Sequence record: SRR31156797_2770
Reading direction: 5' to 3' (one strand)
Length of the DNA stretch: 20,342 bases
Shown: positions 1 through 11,617 of the stretch, in pieces
Numbering within the stretch: the first letter of the stretch is position 1
Layout: every line of letters starts with the position of its first letter
Notes under the pieces: generated by a model
Databases searched by the model: none
What the model was told of the DNA's origin: nothing
Seen by the model: the letters and a program-made list of their open reading frames with translations, nothing else
Made by a program: the position numbers and the translations under genes

Positions 1-27
1 ACCTAACATTCGTACCTTTTTGTTCAT
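1..27 (-). CDS. 5' end of a gene running off the left edge; N-terminus MNKKVRMLG resembles a signal-peptide n-region
   Basis: Minus strand reads GAAGGAAGAG-ATG-AAA-ATG-AAC-AAA-AAG-GTA-CGA-ATG-TTA-GGT. In-frame ATGs at 33 and 27; SD spacing favours 27. Only 9-11 codons are visible. Confidence 0.5.
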
Positions 28-211
28 TTTCATCTCTTCCTTCACTTTTTTTAATGAGAAACCGAGGGTCATCGAAAAAACAGCCTTAAAAAATAATAAT
101 TTAATTGGTGTTTTTTCATTCTATTCTCATCTATCATAAGTATAATCCATCATGGTTATCATACGGTTCACAGATTTAGCGTAAAAAAAACGCCAAAAAG
201 GAGAATCCCTT

Positions 212-1717
212 ATGTATCGAGAATTCATTTCTCCCGCAGAAGAAAAGAAATTAGAGATTTTCAAAGTTGTCTGCAATTCCAACGGAGTGACATTGGTCCA
301 ACTGTCAGAAGTTTTGAATATCCCGCAAAAAAGCCTGCAAAAATATATCTATTTTTTAAATGAAGATTTGCAGCTGCTCTCACCTCACATGCTTCTATCA
401 AAAAATCATTACAATCAGTATTTTCTTGATCGAACAGAGGATGATGAACCTTTTTATGCACAATTGATGTATCATTACTTGCTCAACTCCACACAATACA
501 ACCTGATTCATTACTTGATTGGGCGCCCGCAAATGACCTTGACTCAATTATGTTTGGATTTGCATGTCAGCCAATCGCATATGTATCGGTTGATCAAGAA
601 AATCAACCAACTATTGGAAAAATTTCAAATCCGAATTCGAACAGACCTGAATAATCGCATCGTTCTTGCTGGAAAAGAGCTTGATATCCGTATTTTCACC
701 TACAGTTTCTTGACCCAAAGTGCGCCTGCTGATTTGTGGCTTTTGCCGAGTGTTTCCCATAAAAATGTCGAAGAATTTACGGCATTCTTTGCTGTTTCTC
801 ACTTTGATCCGTTGACGAAAAATAAACTCGCTGCATTTTGGCAAGCAGTGGTCAGCCGAACGATCCAGAAAAAATATTTACCGCCGATTCCTGAAAAATA
901 CATGGGATTGATGAATTTCTATTGTTTTTTACCAGAAGAAATTCTCGAATCACTTTTTTTGAGTGCCGATTATGCCTCAGAAAAGATGCTTCAGTCAGAG
1001 TATCTTTACTTGAATTTCTTTTTGCATGTCTTTTTGCCAGGGGTTGTTCCCCAAGAAAAGAATCAAACGATCATCCAAGAGATCAAACATTCTGATACTG
1101 ATCTTGTGCGCTTTTTCACTGCAATGATCAAAGATTGGCACGATACCTTTGCTCCAAGTCAGGAAGCCGCCGAATTCGAAAAATTATTAAGCAGCTGTCT
1201 ACTGGTCTTCAATCTATCGATCATTATCGGCATCGATCTTCTGGAAGTGTGGCAGCTAGAACACCAACTGTTGACTGAAAATGCTCCTTCTAAAGACAGA
1301 ACCTATGAAGCAATCTGCACACTTTTACTGACCCATGTTGAAAAGTATCCATTTGCTGACTTGGATAAAGAGTATTTTGAACAGACACAGTTGCCTTATC
1401 TGGCTCATCTCTTGTATTTGGAAACACAGATGAATACGCCCCCGACCGTGTCGATCTATATTCAAACGACGATTCAATACCGCACAAAGCAAATGATTGA
1501 GACGAGGATTCGTTCGATTTATTCTAAAGCTTCTGTGACTTTCGTCAAACAAATGGAAGCCGCAGATTTATTGATCACGGATAATTATGAAGAAGTGATG
1601 TTTTCCGAAAAATTAGTCTTACTGTCTAACCTGCAAGCCGAGCAAGAGTGGGCAGCCGTTTTTGCAAAGATCAATCAACTGATGATGACCAAGATGTTTG
1701 CCGAACAAGGAAAATAA
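212..1717 (+). CDS. Mga/AtxA-like (PRD-containing regulator family) helix-turn-helix transcriptional regulator
   Basis: 501 aa. Two N-terminal HTH regions (LVQLSEVLNIPQKSLQKYI; LTQLCLDLHVSQSHMYRLIKKIN) followed by the Mga-type 'GKELDIRIF' motif. C-terminal EIIB-like segment (ADLLITDN). SD AAAGGAG upstream. Confidence 0.8.
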   Translation: MYREFISPAEEKKLEIFKVVCNSNGVTLVQLSEVLNIPQKSLQKYIYFLNEDLQLLSPHMLLSKNHYNQYFLDRTEDDEPFYAQLMYHYLLNSTQYNLIHYLIGRPQMTLTQLCLDLHVSQSHMYRLIKKINQLLEKFQIRIRTDLNNRIVLAGKELDIRIFTYSFLTQSAPADLWLLPSVSHKNVEEFTAFFAVSHFDPLTKNKLAAFWQAVVSRTIQKKYLPPIPEKYMGLMNFYCFLPEEILESLFLSADYASEKMLQSEYLYLNFFLHVFLPGVVPQEKNQTIIQEIKHSDTDLVRFFTAMIKDWHDTFAPSQEAAEFEKLLSSCLLVFNLSIIIGIDLLEVWQLEHQLLTENAPSKDRTYEAICTLLLTHVEKYPFADLDKEYFEQTQLPYLAHLLYLETQMNTPPTVSIYIQTTIQYRTKQMIETRIRSIYSKASVTFVKQMEAADLLITDNYEEVMFSEKLVLLSNLQAEQEWAAVFAKINQLMMTKMFAEQGK

Positions 1718-1741
1718 GTTGCCGATTCCATTTTCATCCGC

Positions 1742-1777
1742 AAAAAAAGCCCGAGCCTCTTTGCTCGAGCTTTTTTT
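1742..1777. terminator. Bidirectional intrinsic terminator between the convergent Mga-like and SDR genes
   Basis: A7-GCCCGAGC-ctcttt-GCTCGAGC-T7; the single mismatch is a G-U pair on the minus strand. Confidence 0.85.
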
Positions 1778-1800
1778 CTACTATTTTAGTCCTAGGAATT

Positions 1801-2688
1801 TTAAGCGAAGAAGCTACCGCCAGTTACACTGTAAACTTGACCAGTTACATAACTTGCTTCATCAGAGGCTAAGAAAACATAGACTGGTGCTAATTCGACT
1901 GGTTGTCCAGCACGTTTCATCAGTTCTTTTTGACCAAATTCTGGGATCGCAGATTGTGGCTGTCCACCCGAAATTTGAAGTGGTGTCCAGATTGGACCAG
2001 GAGCCACCGTATTGACCCGAATGCCTTTTTCACTTAATTGAGCAGCTAGTCCTTTACTAAAGGAAGTAATAGCACCTTTCGTGGCTGCATAGTCTAAAAG
2101 ATGGGCACTAGGCTCCGCACTTTGGATCGAAGTGGTCGTGATGATGCTCCCACCAGCTGGCAGATAATCCAACGCTTCTTGGACTGTCCAATACATCGAG
2201 ATGATATTCGTTGTAAAGGTATCTTGAATTTGTTGTGTAGTCAACTCTTTGATGTCCTTCACCGCTTGTTGCATCCCAGCATTTAGAACCAACGTATCTA
2301 ACCCGCCTAATTCTTTGGCTGCTTCATGAACCAATTGACGAGCGAAAGTTTCATCTTTCAAGTCTCCTGGGATCAAAACTGCTTTGCGTCCAGCTTTTTC
2401 AATGACTACTTTGACTTCTTGTGCGTCTTCTTCTTCAAAAGGAAGATAGTTGATTGCAACATCGGCGCCTTCTTTGGCAAAAGCAATCGCTGCTGCTCGA
2501 CCAATACCAGAATCACCACCGGTCACTAATGCTTTGCGTCCAGCTAATTTGCCTGAACCTGCGTAGCTTTCTTCCCCGCAATCAGGTACTGGCTGCATCT
2601 TTCCTTGAATTGCCGGTGCTTCTTGCACCTGTTTTTCAAATTTGCCATCATAATACTTCGTTAACGGATTGTTGATTTTTTCTGACAT
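1801..2688 (-). CDS. Short-chain dehydrogenase/reductase, YhxD/YghA/YdaD (general stress) type
   Basis: TGGDSGIG Rossmann motif, LNAG, catalytic [15 protein letters not shown], and the N-terminal extension typical of this subfamily ([16 protein letters not shown]). SD AAGGAGG. Confidence 0.92.
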   Translation of the reverse strand: MSEKINNPLTKYYDGKFEKQVQEAPAIQGKMQPVPDCGEESYAGSGKLAGRKALVTGGDSGIGRAAAIAFAKEGADVAINYLPFEEEDAQEVKVVIEKAGRKAVLIPGDLKDETFARQLVHEAAKELGGLDTLVLNAGMQQAVKDIKELTTQQIQDTFTTNIISMYWTVQEALDYLPAGGSIITTTSIQSAEPSAHLLDYAATKGAITSFSKGLAAQLSEKGIRVNTVAPGPIWTPLQISGGQPQSAIPEFGQKELMKRAGQPVELAPVYVFLASDEASYVTGQVYSVTGGSFFA

Positions 2689-2796
2689 GCTCGTTTCCTC
2701 CTTGATTATTTCTACTTCTATTTGTCATAGTTTGTTATGACCTTACTTAAAAGTGTAAAGGAAGATGGAGGGAATGAAAAACGAAACGCTCACCAG

Positions 2797-2825
2797 AAAA
2801 AAAGCATCTGTAAGAAAACAGATGC
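2797..2825 (-). terminator. Intrinsic terminator of the GH3-to-DUF4091 operon
   Basis: Minus strand GCATCTGT-tttctt-ACAGATGC-T7, about 110 nt after the DUF4091 stop. Confidence 0.85.
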
Positions 2826-2933
2826 CTAGTAAAACGAAAAAGCTGCGTGAATCAGTAGTGAAAACGCCCACAGGTATCTCACTATTCTTCTGGAAAATCG
2901 TAGTGAAATTTCTGGGTGCAGTGTTTGATTTTG

Positions 2934-4634
2934 CTACTTTTCTAGCAGTTCGAGGAGGGCCCGATGAAAGGCCTCCATCTCCTCCGCGGTCTGTAGAAAA
3001 ACATCGGGATGACTGTGATGGCTGTCGATCATCCAGTGTTTCGTGTCTGTAACTTTAAGAAAATCTGCTACTACGGCGTCGGTTTGCTGCGGTTGTGCAG
3101 CTTGAGCGGTCTTCAAGAGATAGAAATCTTCAATCCCCCGCTGTAGTTGTTTATACCTTAGGGACAACAATAAATGTCCGTGATTGCCAGGATAGACGAA
3201 ACAAAGATCACCGATCGGTAGTGAGCTCGTATTGTACCGAATATCGGACCGAGCATGTTCTGGCCAGCAATTGTAGGCCCAACGCAGAAAGCCGTCTGTT
3301 TTGAACTGATACGATAAGATTCCTTGCATTCGCGTCTCTAACAAGGGACTATGCAAAAAGGTATTTGGTTTGTCGGGATAATTGCAGACATAGTACTGCA
3401 TCTTGCCCGGATGGCTTTGTGCTAGTGTTTCGTAATGGTTGCAAGTACAGTAATAGGAAGTCACAGGATGATCGATCACTGGCAGCAGCTCAAATAACAC
3501 GTCTTCTTTATCAAAAGCAGATTTGATCTGGATCGACGGATCAATTTCTTTTAAAACAGCTAACGAGGCTCGGAAACTGTCGATTTGATGTTTCTTCGGT
3601 TCGTCAGAAACGATGCGAACCTTCTCCCACAGATTCTTTCCTTTAAAATAATCAAATACTTGGCGTAGATACTCCTGCAACTCAGCTTTTTGATGAATAA
3701 AGCCAAAGGCGCCTTTCCCCTCATCATAAAAGCGAATCACCAATTTTTCTGGATGGTCCAAGTTGACTAACGGAAAAAATGGCGGTTCCCAGACCCCTAA
3801 TAAACCAAACACATCAATTTCATCTTTGATGCCCGCAGCAAAAAAACAATCAAGGTAACGTGTCAGCACAGAAAAATCGCAGGAAAGTTCTCCGTCTGGT
3901 GTCTTTTTGACCTTTACCATCGAATACTCATATAAATTGGCGGGATAATCTTTGACGATGTAATTGAACCAGCCCTTCCAAGGGATCTCTCCGGCGATCA
4001 CTGTGATCGCTTTTTGTCCGATCGCAGCGAGACTCTCAGCCATTTCCTTGATCAAGTCAAAGTGGGCATCGCTCCATAACGGAACGTCAAAGGTGCGAGC
4101 CAAATTGCTGGGCTGCTGCCACATATTTAAGTGGAACGTTTCTAAATATTCTTTTGGAAAAGTAAAAGTGTCCACTTCAATCGTTAGGTTCTTTTCTAAC
4201 AAGCACTCCTCTTGGCTAGTCAAGTGTGCCCGATAGACCTTGATTTTCACGGGATAAACTTTCGGTTTGATTGTCTCATCGATCTGCCACTCCAAATAAA
4301 GAGGCGCAAAGCGATCGCCAGGATAGGTTTTGGCAGTTCGTTCAAGCAATTTATCGGCGTACGCCAATTCCTGCTGACCGACATAATAATCGACGAATTG
4401 CGCTTTGACCGGCAATTCGCTAAAAATCTCAACACGTATCATGGGAATCTCGATTTCATCGGGGATCGAAAACTCGTCACCAATAATATAATGATTGCGA
4501 TTGCCATCGTGCAGCAGCAACTGACAAGCAGCAGTACTGTTACGAACAGCTGATAACTGTTCAATCGCTTGTGGCTCTTGAGTGATCAATTCTGTTGAAG
4601 CCTTATAGCTTTCATGGACCAGGATTGCTTTCAT
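2934..4634 (-). CDS. DUF4091-domain protein, GH123-like putative glycoside hydrolase
   Basis: 566 aa, no signal peptide. 'SDEP' adjacent acid pair, 'GFLRWAYNCW', and the DUF4091-type C-terminal motif 'GDLCFVYPG...SLRYKQLQRGIEDF'. Confidence 0.7.
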   Translation of the reverse strand: MKAILVHESYKASTELITQEPQAIEQLSAVRNSTAACQLLLHDGNRNHYIIGDEFSIPDEIEIPMIRVEIFSELPVKAQFVDYYVGQQELAYADKLLERTAKTYPGDRFAPLYLEWQIDETIKPKVYPVKIKVYRAHLTSQEECLLEKNLTIEVDTFTFPKEYLETFHLNMWQQPSNLARTFDVPLWSDAHFDLIKEMAESLAAIGQKAITVIAGEIPWKGWFNYIVKDYPANLYEYSMVKVKKTPDGELSCDFSVLTRYLDCFFAAGIKDEIDVFGLLGVWEPPFFPLVNLDHPEKLVIRFYDEGKGAFGFIHQKAELQEYLRQVFDYFKGKNLWEKVRIVSDEPKKHQIDSFRASLAVLKEIDPSIQIKSAFDKEDVLFELLPVIDHPVTSYYCTCNHYETLAQSHPGKMQYYVCNYPDKPNTFLHSPLLETRMQGILSYQFKTDGFLRWAYNCWPEHARSDIRYNTSSLPIGDLCFVYPGNHGHLLLSLRYKQLQRGIEDFYLLKTAQAAQPQQTDAVVADFLKVTDTKHWMIDSHHSHPDVFLQTAEEMEAFHRALLELLEK

Positions 4635-4636
4635 CT

Positions 4637-5608
4637 TTACTCTTCCTTTCTAGGATCAATCAGCTGCAAAACAAGCGCTTGATAAGAAACATTCTCAAAA
4701 GCTTCTGGCATGATCGTTACTAGTTGCTGCAAGCTGATGTTTTTTACGATTTTTAAGTGGCTTTTGTCTGCCCATGATGGAAAAGCCTGCAACAGCAAGC
4801 GTTTGTTTTCACCTGACTCGAGTAATGCCCGAATTGGCCACTGCCCTAAATCAGGAAACAAAGCTGGCTGGGCAACTTTATCTGCCCAGTTCAACTCTAG
4901 CCATTCGACGCATTCATCAAACCAACGGGCAAAACGTGGATCAACCATTTCTTTACGATTACCGAAGCGTTCGGTCGCCAAAGAAAGACCGTGACGTCCT
5001 TTTTGGAAAATATGACTTTCAAAGGGAACCTCGTGATCTTCTAGGGCCTGCAGATACGCCAATGAATTTTCGATAGGAACGACATTGTCTTCAAAGGTTG
5101 AAAACAAAAAGGTGGGCGGCGTATCTTTTGTGACACATTCCTCTAATGAAGGGGCATCGATCTTCATCACAGTAGCAAATGAAGACAATATCGCTGGGTA
5201 GCCTAAAATACATAAGCTTGGTTTCATTGAGGAGAGTGTTGATAACGCCGCTGCCAAATGGCCGCCGGCAGAAAAGCCGATCACAGCGATTTTTTCGGCA
5301 TCGACTTCCCATTCACTTGCAAGTTCTCGGATTTTAGTAATCGCTTTTTCTGCATCTGCTAAGGAATGGCTGAAACTGCGATGTGTCCCTACATGATAGC
5401 GTAAGACCCCGGCGTGAAAGCCTTGGGCAGCAAAATTTAAGGCAATCGGCTCAGCTTCCCGCTCACTGCAAAAGGAGTAGCCGCCACCGGGAATCACCAA
5501 GACAAACGGACGATCGCCCACCCGTTCATACTCGGCTTTTTCCTCATGCAGGTACACTGTCAAACCGGCTTGCGCTTCTGGATCAAATAGATATTCCTGA
5601 AAAAACAT
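4637..5608 (-). CDS. Alpha/beta-hydrolase esterase (acetyl/feruloyl-esterase-like) with a C-terminal extension
   Basis: PGGGY oxyanion motif, GFSAGG nucleophile elbow, D(NVVP) acid and H(GLSL) catalytic His. Confidence 0.85.
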   Translation of the reverse strand: MFFQEYLFDPEAQAGLTVYLHEEKAEYERVGDRPFVLVIPGGGYSFCSEREAEPIALNFAAQGFHAGVLRYHVGTHRSFSHSLADAEKAITKIRELASEWEVDAEKIAVIGFSAGGHLAAALSTLSSMKPSLCILGYPAILSSFATVMKIDAPSLEECVTKDTPPTFLFSTFEDNVVPIENSLAYLQALEDHEVPFESHIFQKGRHGLSLATERFGNRKEMVDPRFARWFDECVEWLELNWADKVAQPALFPDLGQWPIRALLESGENKRLLLQAFPSWADKSHLKIVKNISLQQLVTIMPEAFENVSYQALVLQLIDPRKEE

Positions 5609-5611
5609 CGC

Positions 5612-7865
<2,254 letters not shown>

Positions 7866-7883
7866 ATGTGCCACTTCCTTTGT

Positions 7884-9236
7884 TTACGCTTGAATTTCTT
7901 CCACGACTTTTTCTGTCATTTTTGCTGCTTCACTTGCTTGCTTTTTTTCAGCAGCCATTTCTAATTCGTACTCTTTTTTATCCGCAATTTTTAGAAACGG
8001 ATACCACATAACAATACCGATCAGCATACAGATGATCATTAAGATCGTGTAGTTAAGCCCTCCTGAAAAGGGCATTTTGATAAAAGTCGGTGTGGTCCAT
8101 GGCAATAGACTCATGGTTGGATTCAAGCTGATTGGGAGGATCGTTGTTGCCAATCCCCAGGTCACAAAGCCAGCGATCAATTGTGTAAAGACTTGCGGAA
8201 TAAAGAACAACGGATTCAAAATAATCGGCATCCCGAACATGATTGGCTCTGTGATGTTAAAGATCGACGGGATAAACGACAATTTTCCTAATTGTTTCAT
8301 TTTTGCCGATTTGCTGCGGATCATAAAGAAGGTCACAAAGCCCATGAAGCCAGCAGCATACATGCCCATATAAATCACTGAAGGAATCAGATAAGGCAGC
8401 GCTTGTCCTTGTTGGTAAGCGGCAATATTTGAAACGACCATGGTCATACTAATCGCCCCGAGTGGTCCTTGTAAAACTGCATTATGAATTCCGAAAAACC
8501 ATAAAACAGCTAATAATTCCATAATGATGATGATCGATAGCGGGCTGGCAACTAAGGAGTTCAACGGCGCATTGATCACATCGATAAAGAATTGGAAAAT
8601 CGAACCGGATGAAGTAAACCCAAATAAGACACGTAAGACAAAGACGACTGCAAAAATGATCGTGACAACAAACACTGGTGCTAAAGATTGGGTTACCATT
8701 GGGGGAACACTATCCGGTAGCTTGATCATAATGTTTTTTCTCGATAAGAAAGCATAAAAGCGAGTGACCAACAAAGCGGTCAGCATGCCGATAAACAGTC
8801 CTTGCCCGCCTAAGAAATCAAGCTTCAAGGCACCAATCGTTTGTTCCACTGCTTGGCCATCTTGCATGACAGTTGTTGCGACGGTTTGTGGCATCAACAT
8901 AATGAAACTAGCTAAAGAAATAATCGCTGAATTGCGTTCATTGCTTCCTAATTGTTTTGCGTAAGAATACGCCAAACTGTATACAACATACAAGGCAAAA
9001 ACGCCAGTTGCTCCGTTGGTGATCGCTTCAACATGCTGGAAGATGCCAATTTTCGTCAAATAGTCCGTCCAACCAGGAATCGGAAAATTTCCAATGATCG
9101 TGATAAACGCAATTCCTAAAGTGATGGGACTTGTTCGAATAAAACCCTCCATCAAAGCGGCCAATACTTTGTTTTGTTGTAATTTTTGTGACATTGGTAA
9201 TAGTTTGCTACTTAAAAATGCTTCTAATTTTTCCAT
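7884..9236 (-). CDS. PTS EIIC component, lactose/cellobiose (Lac) family, with no adjacent EIIA/EIIB
   Basis: 450 aa polytopic membrane protein with LGGQGLF, IKLPDSVPPMV, WFFGIH, FNITEPIMFGMPIILNP and WYPFLK motifs. Confidence 0.92.
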   Translation of the reverse strand: MEKLEAFLSSKLLPMSQKLQQNKVLAALMEGFIRTSPITLGIAFITIIGNFPIPGWTDYLTKIGIFQHVEAITNGATGVFALYVVYSLAYSYAKQLGSNERNSAIISLASFIMLMPQTVATTVMQDGQAVEQTIGALKLDFLGGQGLFIGMLTALLVTRFYAFLSRKNIMIKLPDSVPPMVTQSLAPVFVVTIIFAVVFVLRVLFGFTSSGSIFQFFIDVINAPLNSLVASPLSIIIIMELLAVLWFFGIHNAVLQGPLGAISMTMVVSNIAAYQQGQALPYLIPSVIYMGMYAAGFMGFVTFFMIRSKSAKMKQLGKLSFIPSIFNITEPIMFGMPIILNPLFFIPQVFTQLIAGFVTWGLATTILPISLNPTMSLLPWTTPTFIKMPFSGGLNYTILMIICMLIGIVMWYPFLKIADKKEYELEMAAEKKQASEAAKMTEKVVEEIQA

Positions 9237-9255
9237 TCTTTCTCACTCCTTTAGT

Positions 9256-11457
9256 TTAGATCGTTACACTAAGCATCGTTTCTTTTTGATCGATCCGCAT
9301 TAGGAATCGATAAGTACCTTTGGTTATGTGTTTCTTCCCTTGATTGTCATAGAAAACAAGTTCTGACAACGGCAGTGACAATCTGCGCTCTTTTTCTTCT
9401 TGGGGCGCGAATGAGATGAGGTCACTCGCAATTAATTGGCGACTTGGACGAACCATTGCCGCTGGGCGCTGCATGAGATAAATTTGGATGACGGCTTCTG
9501 CCGCTGTTGCCGATTGGTTTTTCACTCGATAAGCCAAATGGATTGTCTCGCTAGATACTTCACTACCAAGCCATTCACCAGTAAACGAACTGTAACTAAG
9601 ACCTGTTCCGAATGCGAATAAGGGTTCATTTGATTCATCGCGGTATTTTGACAAAAAGCGATCAGAATGCTCACTATCTGTCAAAGGTCTGCCCGTTGGC
9701 AGTTGGGCACTGTATAGTGGGATCTGTCCTTCACTCCGAGGAAAGGTCATCGCCAGTTTTGCCGTCGGAGAAGCCTGCCCACTCAACAGATTGGCGATCC
9801 CGATCCCGCCCATCGTTCCTGGATACCATACGAGCAACAGACTATCAAATAATGCTTCCACTTGTGTTAAGACTAACGGTCTGCCAGTGTAAAGCACGCC
9901 AATCAAAGGCTTGCCAGTTTTTTTCAACGCTTGGATCAAACGAATTTGTTTCAATGGCAGCTGCAAATGAGCTTTTGATGCCCCTTCGCCGCTCTCCAAA
10001 AACTGCTCTCCAAAAGTCAAGACGATAACTTCGGCGGCTTCGGCGGCTTCCATGGCTTCCAAAAGCAACTGATCTTCTGGTTCGATCGGTCCATTCAGCT
10101 GTTCGATCCCGGCTTTTAAAGGACCAAATTTCTCATACGAGTCGAATAGATTGTATCCACGAGCAAAAATCAAGTTTTCGGGTGCGAAATGCTGCAGCAA
10201 ACCGGTTTTTAAAGGAATCGTGTCTTGTGGCTTGCCGCTGACTGACGCCCAAAAACCTAAGGTCAACCGGCTTTCTCCATAAGGACCGATCACAGCGACG
10301 GTTTGGTCCTTTTTCAAAGGTAAGCTGCCCTCATTTTTTAACAGCACACAGCTTTTTTCTACTAGCTTAACGGCTAGCTCTTTGGCTTTATCCGACAAAA
10401 CCTCTCCAGTTTGTTGCGTTTTCAACCCTCGATAGGGTTCCTCAAACAAACCTAATTGATTTTTTAGTACGAGAATTCGCCAGACTGCTTCATCCAGCAA
10501 CGCGGCTAATTCGGGTTCTTTAATCAGTTCTGGCAAGTGCGTCGCATAGACCGATGTCATCATATCAAAATCAACGCCCGCTTCCAAACCTTTCTGAGCG
10601 GCCTCCCGTTCATCTTTGACAAAACCGTGGGGGACCAATTCTTTGATGGCGGCATGATCGGAGACCAGTACCCCATCAAAACCGAAACGTTCGCGCAAAA
10701 TCTCTCGGTTCAACCAGCGGCTACCCGTTGCAGGTTCACCATTCAATATGTTGAAGGCCGTCATCACTAGCAGTGCTTGGGCTTCGATCGCCGCTTGATA
10801 GGGTTGCAAATATTCATTGAATAAGCGCTGATTGGACATATCGACCGTATTGTATTCTCTGCCCGCTTCGGGTGCACCATAACCAGCAAAATGTTTGATG
10901 CAAGCAGCAACGTGATTTTCTGCCACTCCTTGATCAAGATTGCCTTGGTAGCCGGTCACGACGCTTTTAGCAAAACGTTTTGCCGTATACACATCCTCTC
11001 CTGGCGACTCCATCACTCTGCCCCAGCGAGGATCGCGAACAAGATCCAGCATGGGTGAAAAGATCACATGAAGGCCATTTTGGTAACATTCTTTGGCGGT
11101 CATCTCAGCGGCTTGCCCGATCAAATTAAAATCGTAGGAACCTGCTTGGGCAAGGGGAATCGGAAAAATCGTTCGAAACCCGTAGATGACGTCCGACATA
11201 AACAGCATAGGAATCTTTAGTCGGCTGTGTGCTAACGTTTCCCTCTGTAACTGAATCAATTTTTGGTAATCGTTCACATTATAAATCGAACCAATCTCGT
11301 GAATCTTCAAATTTGGTGGAAGCCCTAAATCTTGCATCGGGCCAGTAGTCATCACCTCATTTTCAATGACTAAACTGCCATTCAATTGAATCGTCTGAGC
11401 GATTTTTTCTTCTGGCGTCAATTGCTGAAACAATTCTTTCAATTTTTTACTATCCAT
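9256..11457 (-). CDS. Cytoplasmic GH3 beta-glucosidase (BglX-like) with C-terminal Fn3-like domain
   Basis: RDPRWGR, KHFAGYG, VSD nucleophile, SGEGAS acid/base region, PLFAFGTGLSYS. No signal peptide. SD GAAAGGAG. Confidence 0.92.
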   Translation of the reverse strand: MDSKKLKELFQQLTPEEKIAQTIQLNGSLVIENEVMTTGPMQDLGLPPNLKIHEIGSIYNVNDYQKLIQLQRETLAHSRLKIPMLFMSDVIYGFRTIFPIPLAQAGSYDFNLIGQAAEMTAKECYQNGLHVIFSPMLDLVRDPRWGRVMESPGEDVYTAKRFAKSVVTGYQGNLDQGVAENHVAACIKHFAGYGAPEAGREYNTVDMSNQRLFNEYLQPYQAAIEAQALLVMTAFNILNGEPATGSRWLNREILRERFGFDGVLVSDHAAIKELVPHGFVKDEREAAQKGLEAGVDFDMMTSVYATHLPELIKEPELAALLDEAVWRILVLKNQLGLFEEPYRGLKTQQTGEVLSDKAKELAVKLVEKSCVLLKNEGSLPLKKDQTVAVIGPYGESRLTLGFWASVSGKPQDTIPLKTGLLQHFAPENLIFARGYNLFDSYEKFGPLKAGIEQLNGPIEPEDQLLLEAMEAAEAAEVIVLTFGEQFLESGEGASKAHLQLPLKQIRLIQALKKTGKPLIGVLYTGRPLVLTQVEALFDSLLLVWYPGTMGGIGIANLLSGQASPTAKLAMTFPRSEGQIPLYSAQLPTGRPLTDSEHSDRFLSKYRDESNEPLFAFGTGLSYSSFTGEWLGSEVSSETIHLAYRVKNQSATAAEAVIQIYLMQRPAAMVRPSRQLIASDLISFAPQEEKERRLSLPLSELVFYDNQGKKHITKGTYRFLMRIDQKETMLSVTI

Positions 11458-11470
11458 GTTTACTCCTTTC

Positions 11471-11484
11471 TGTAACCGTTTTAT
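11471..11484. promoter_or_regulatory. Putative cre (CcpA) site at the start of the GH3 operon transcript
   Basis: TGTAACCGTTTTAT matches 12/14 positions of TGWNANCGNTNWCA and lies between the -10 and the SD. Confidence 0.6.
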
Positions 11485-11492
11485 TTATCTGA

Positions 11493-11498
11493 ATTATA
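11493..11498 (-). promoter_or_regulatory. -10 box of the GH3 operon promoter (poor -35, probably activator-dependent)
   Basis: TATAAT on the minus strand; the hexamer 17 bp upstream is TATATC. Confidence 0.65.
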
Positions 11499-11553
11499 GA
11501 AAGAATCCTTCCTTAGATATACTAAAAAACTAGTGTTTATAATAAATTGTTTA

Positions 11554-11581
11554 TTGAATGCTAAAAAATTTACGTTATACT
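11554..11581 (+). promoter_or_regulatory. Putative sigma-A promoter of the AraC gene
   Basis: TTGAAT-N16-TATACT. Confidence 0.5.
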
Positions 11582-11617
11582 AAAAGAAAAAACAATGTTT
11601 GGACTTTGAGGTGTCTC

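Noticed and set aside
1648-2015. Plus-strand ORFs of 74 and 105 aa after the Mga-like gene
   Set aside because: They run through the bidirectional terminator and are antisense to the SDR.
2765-3052. 95-aa plus-strand ORF
   Set aside because: It crosses a terminator and overlaps the DUF4091 gene antisense; no recognisable features.
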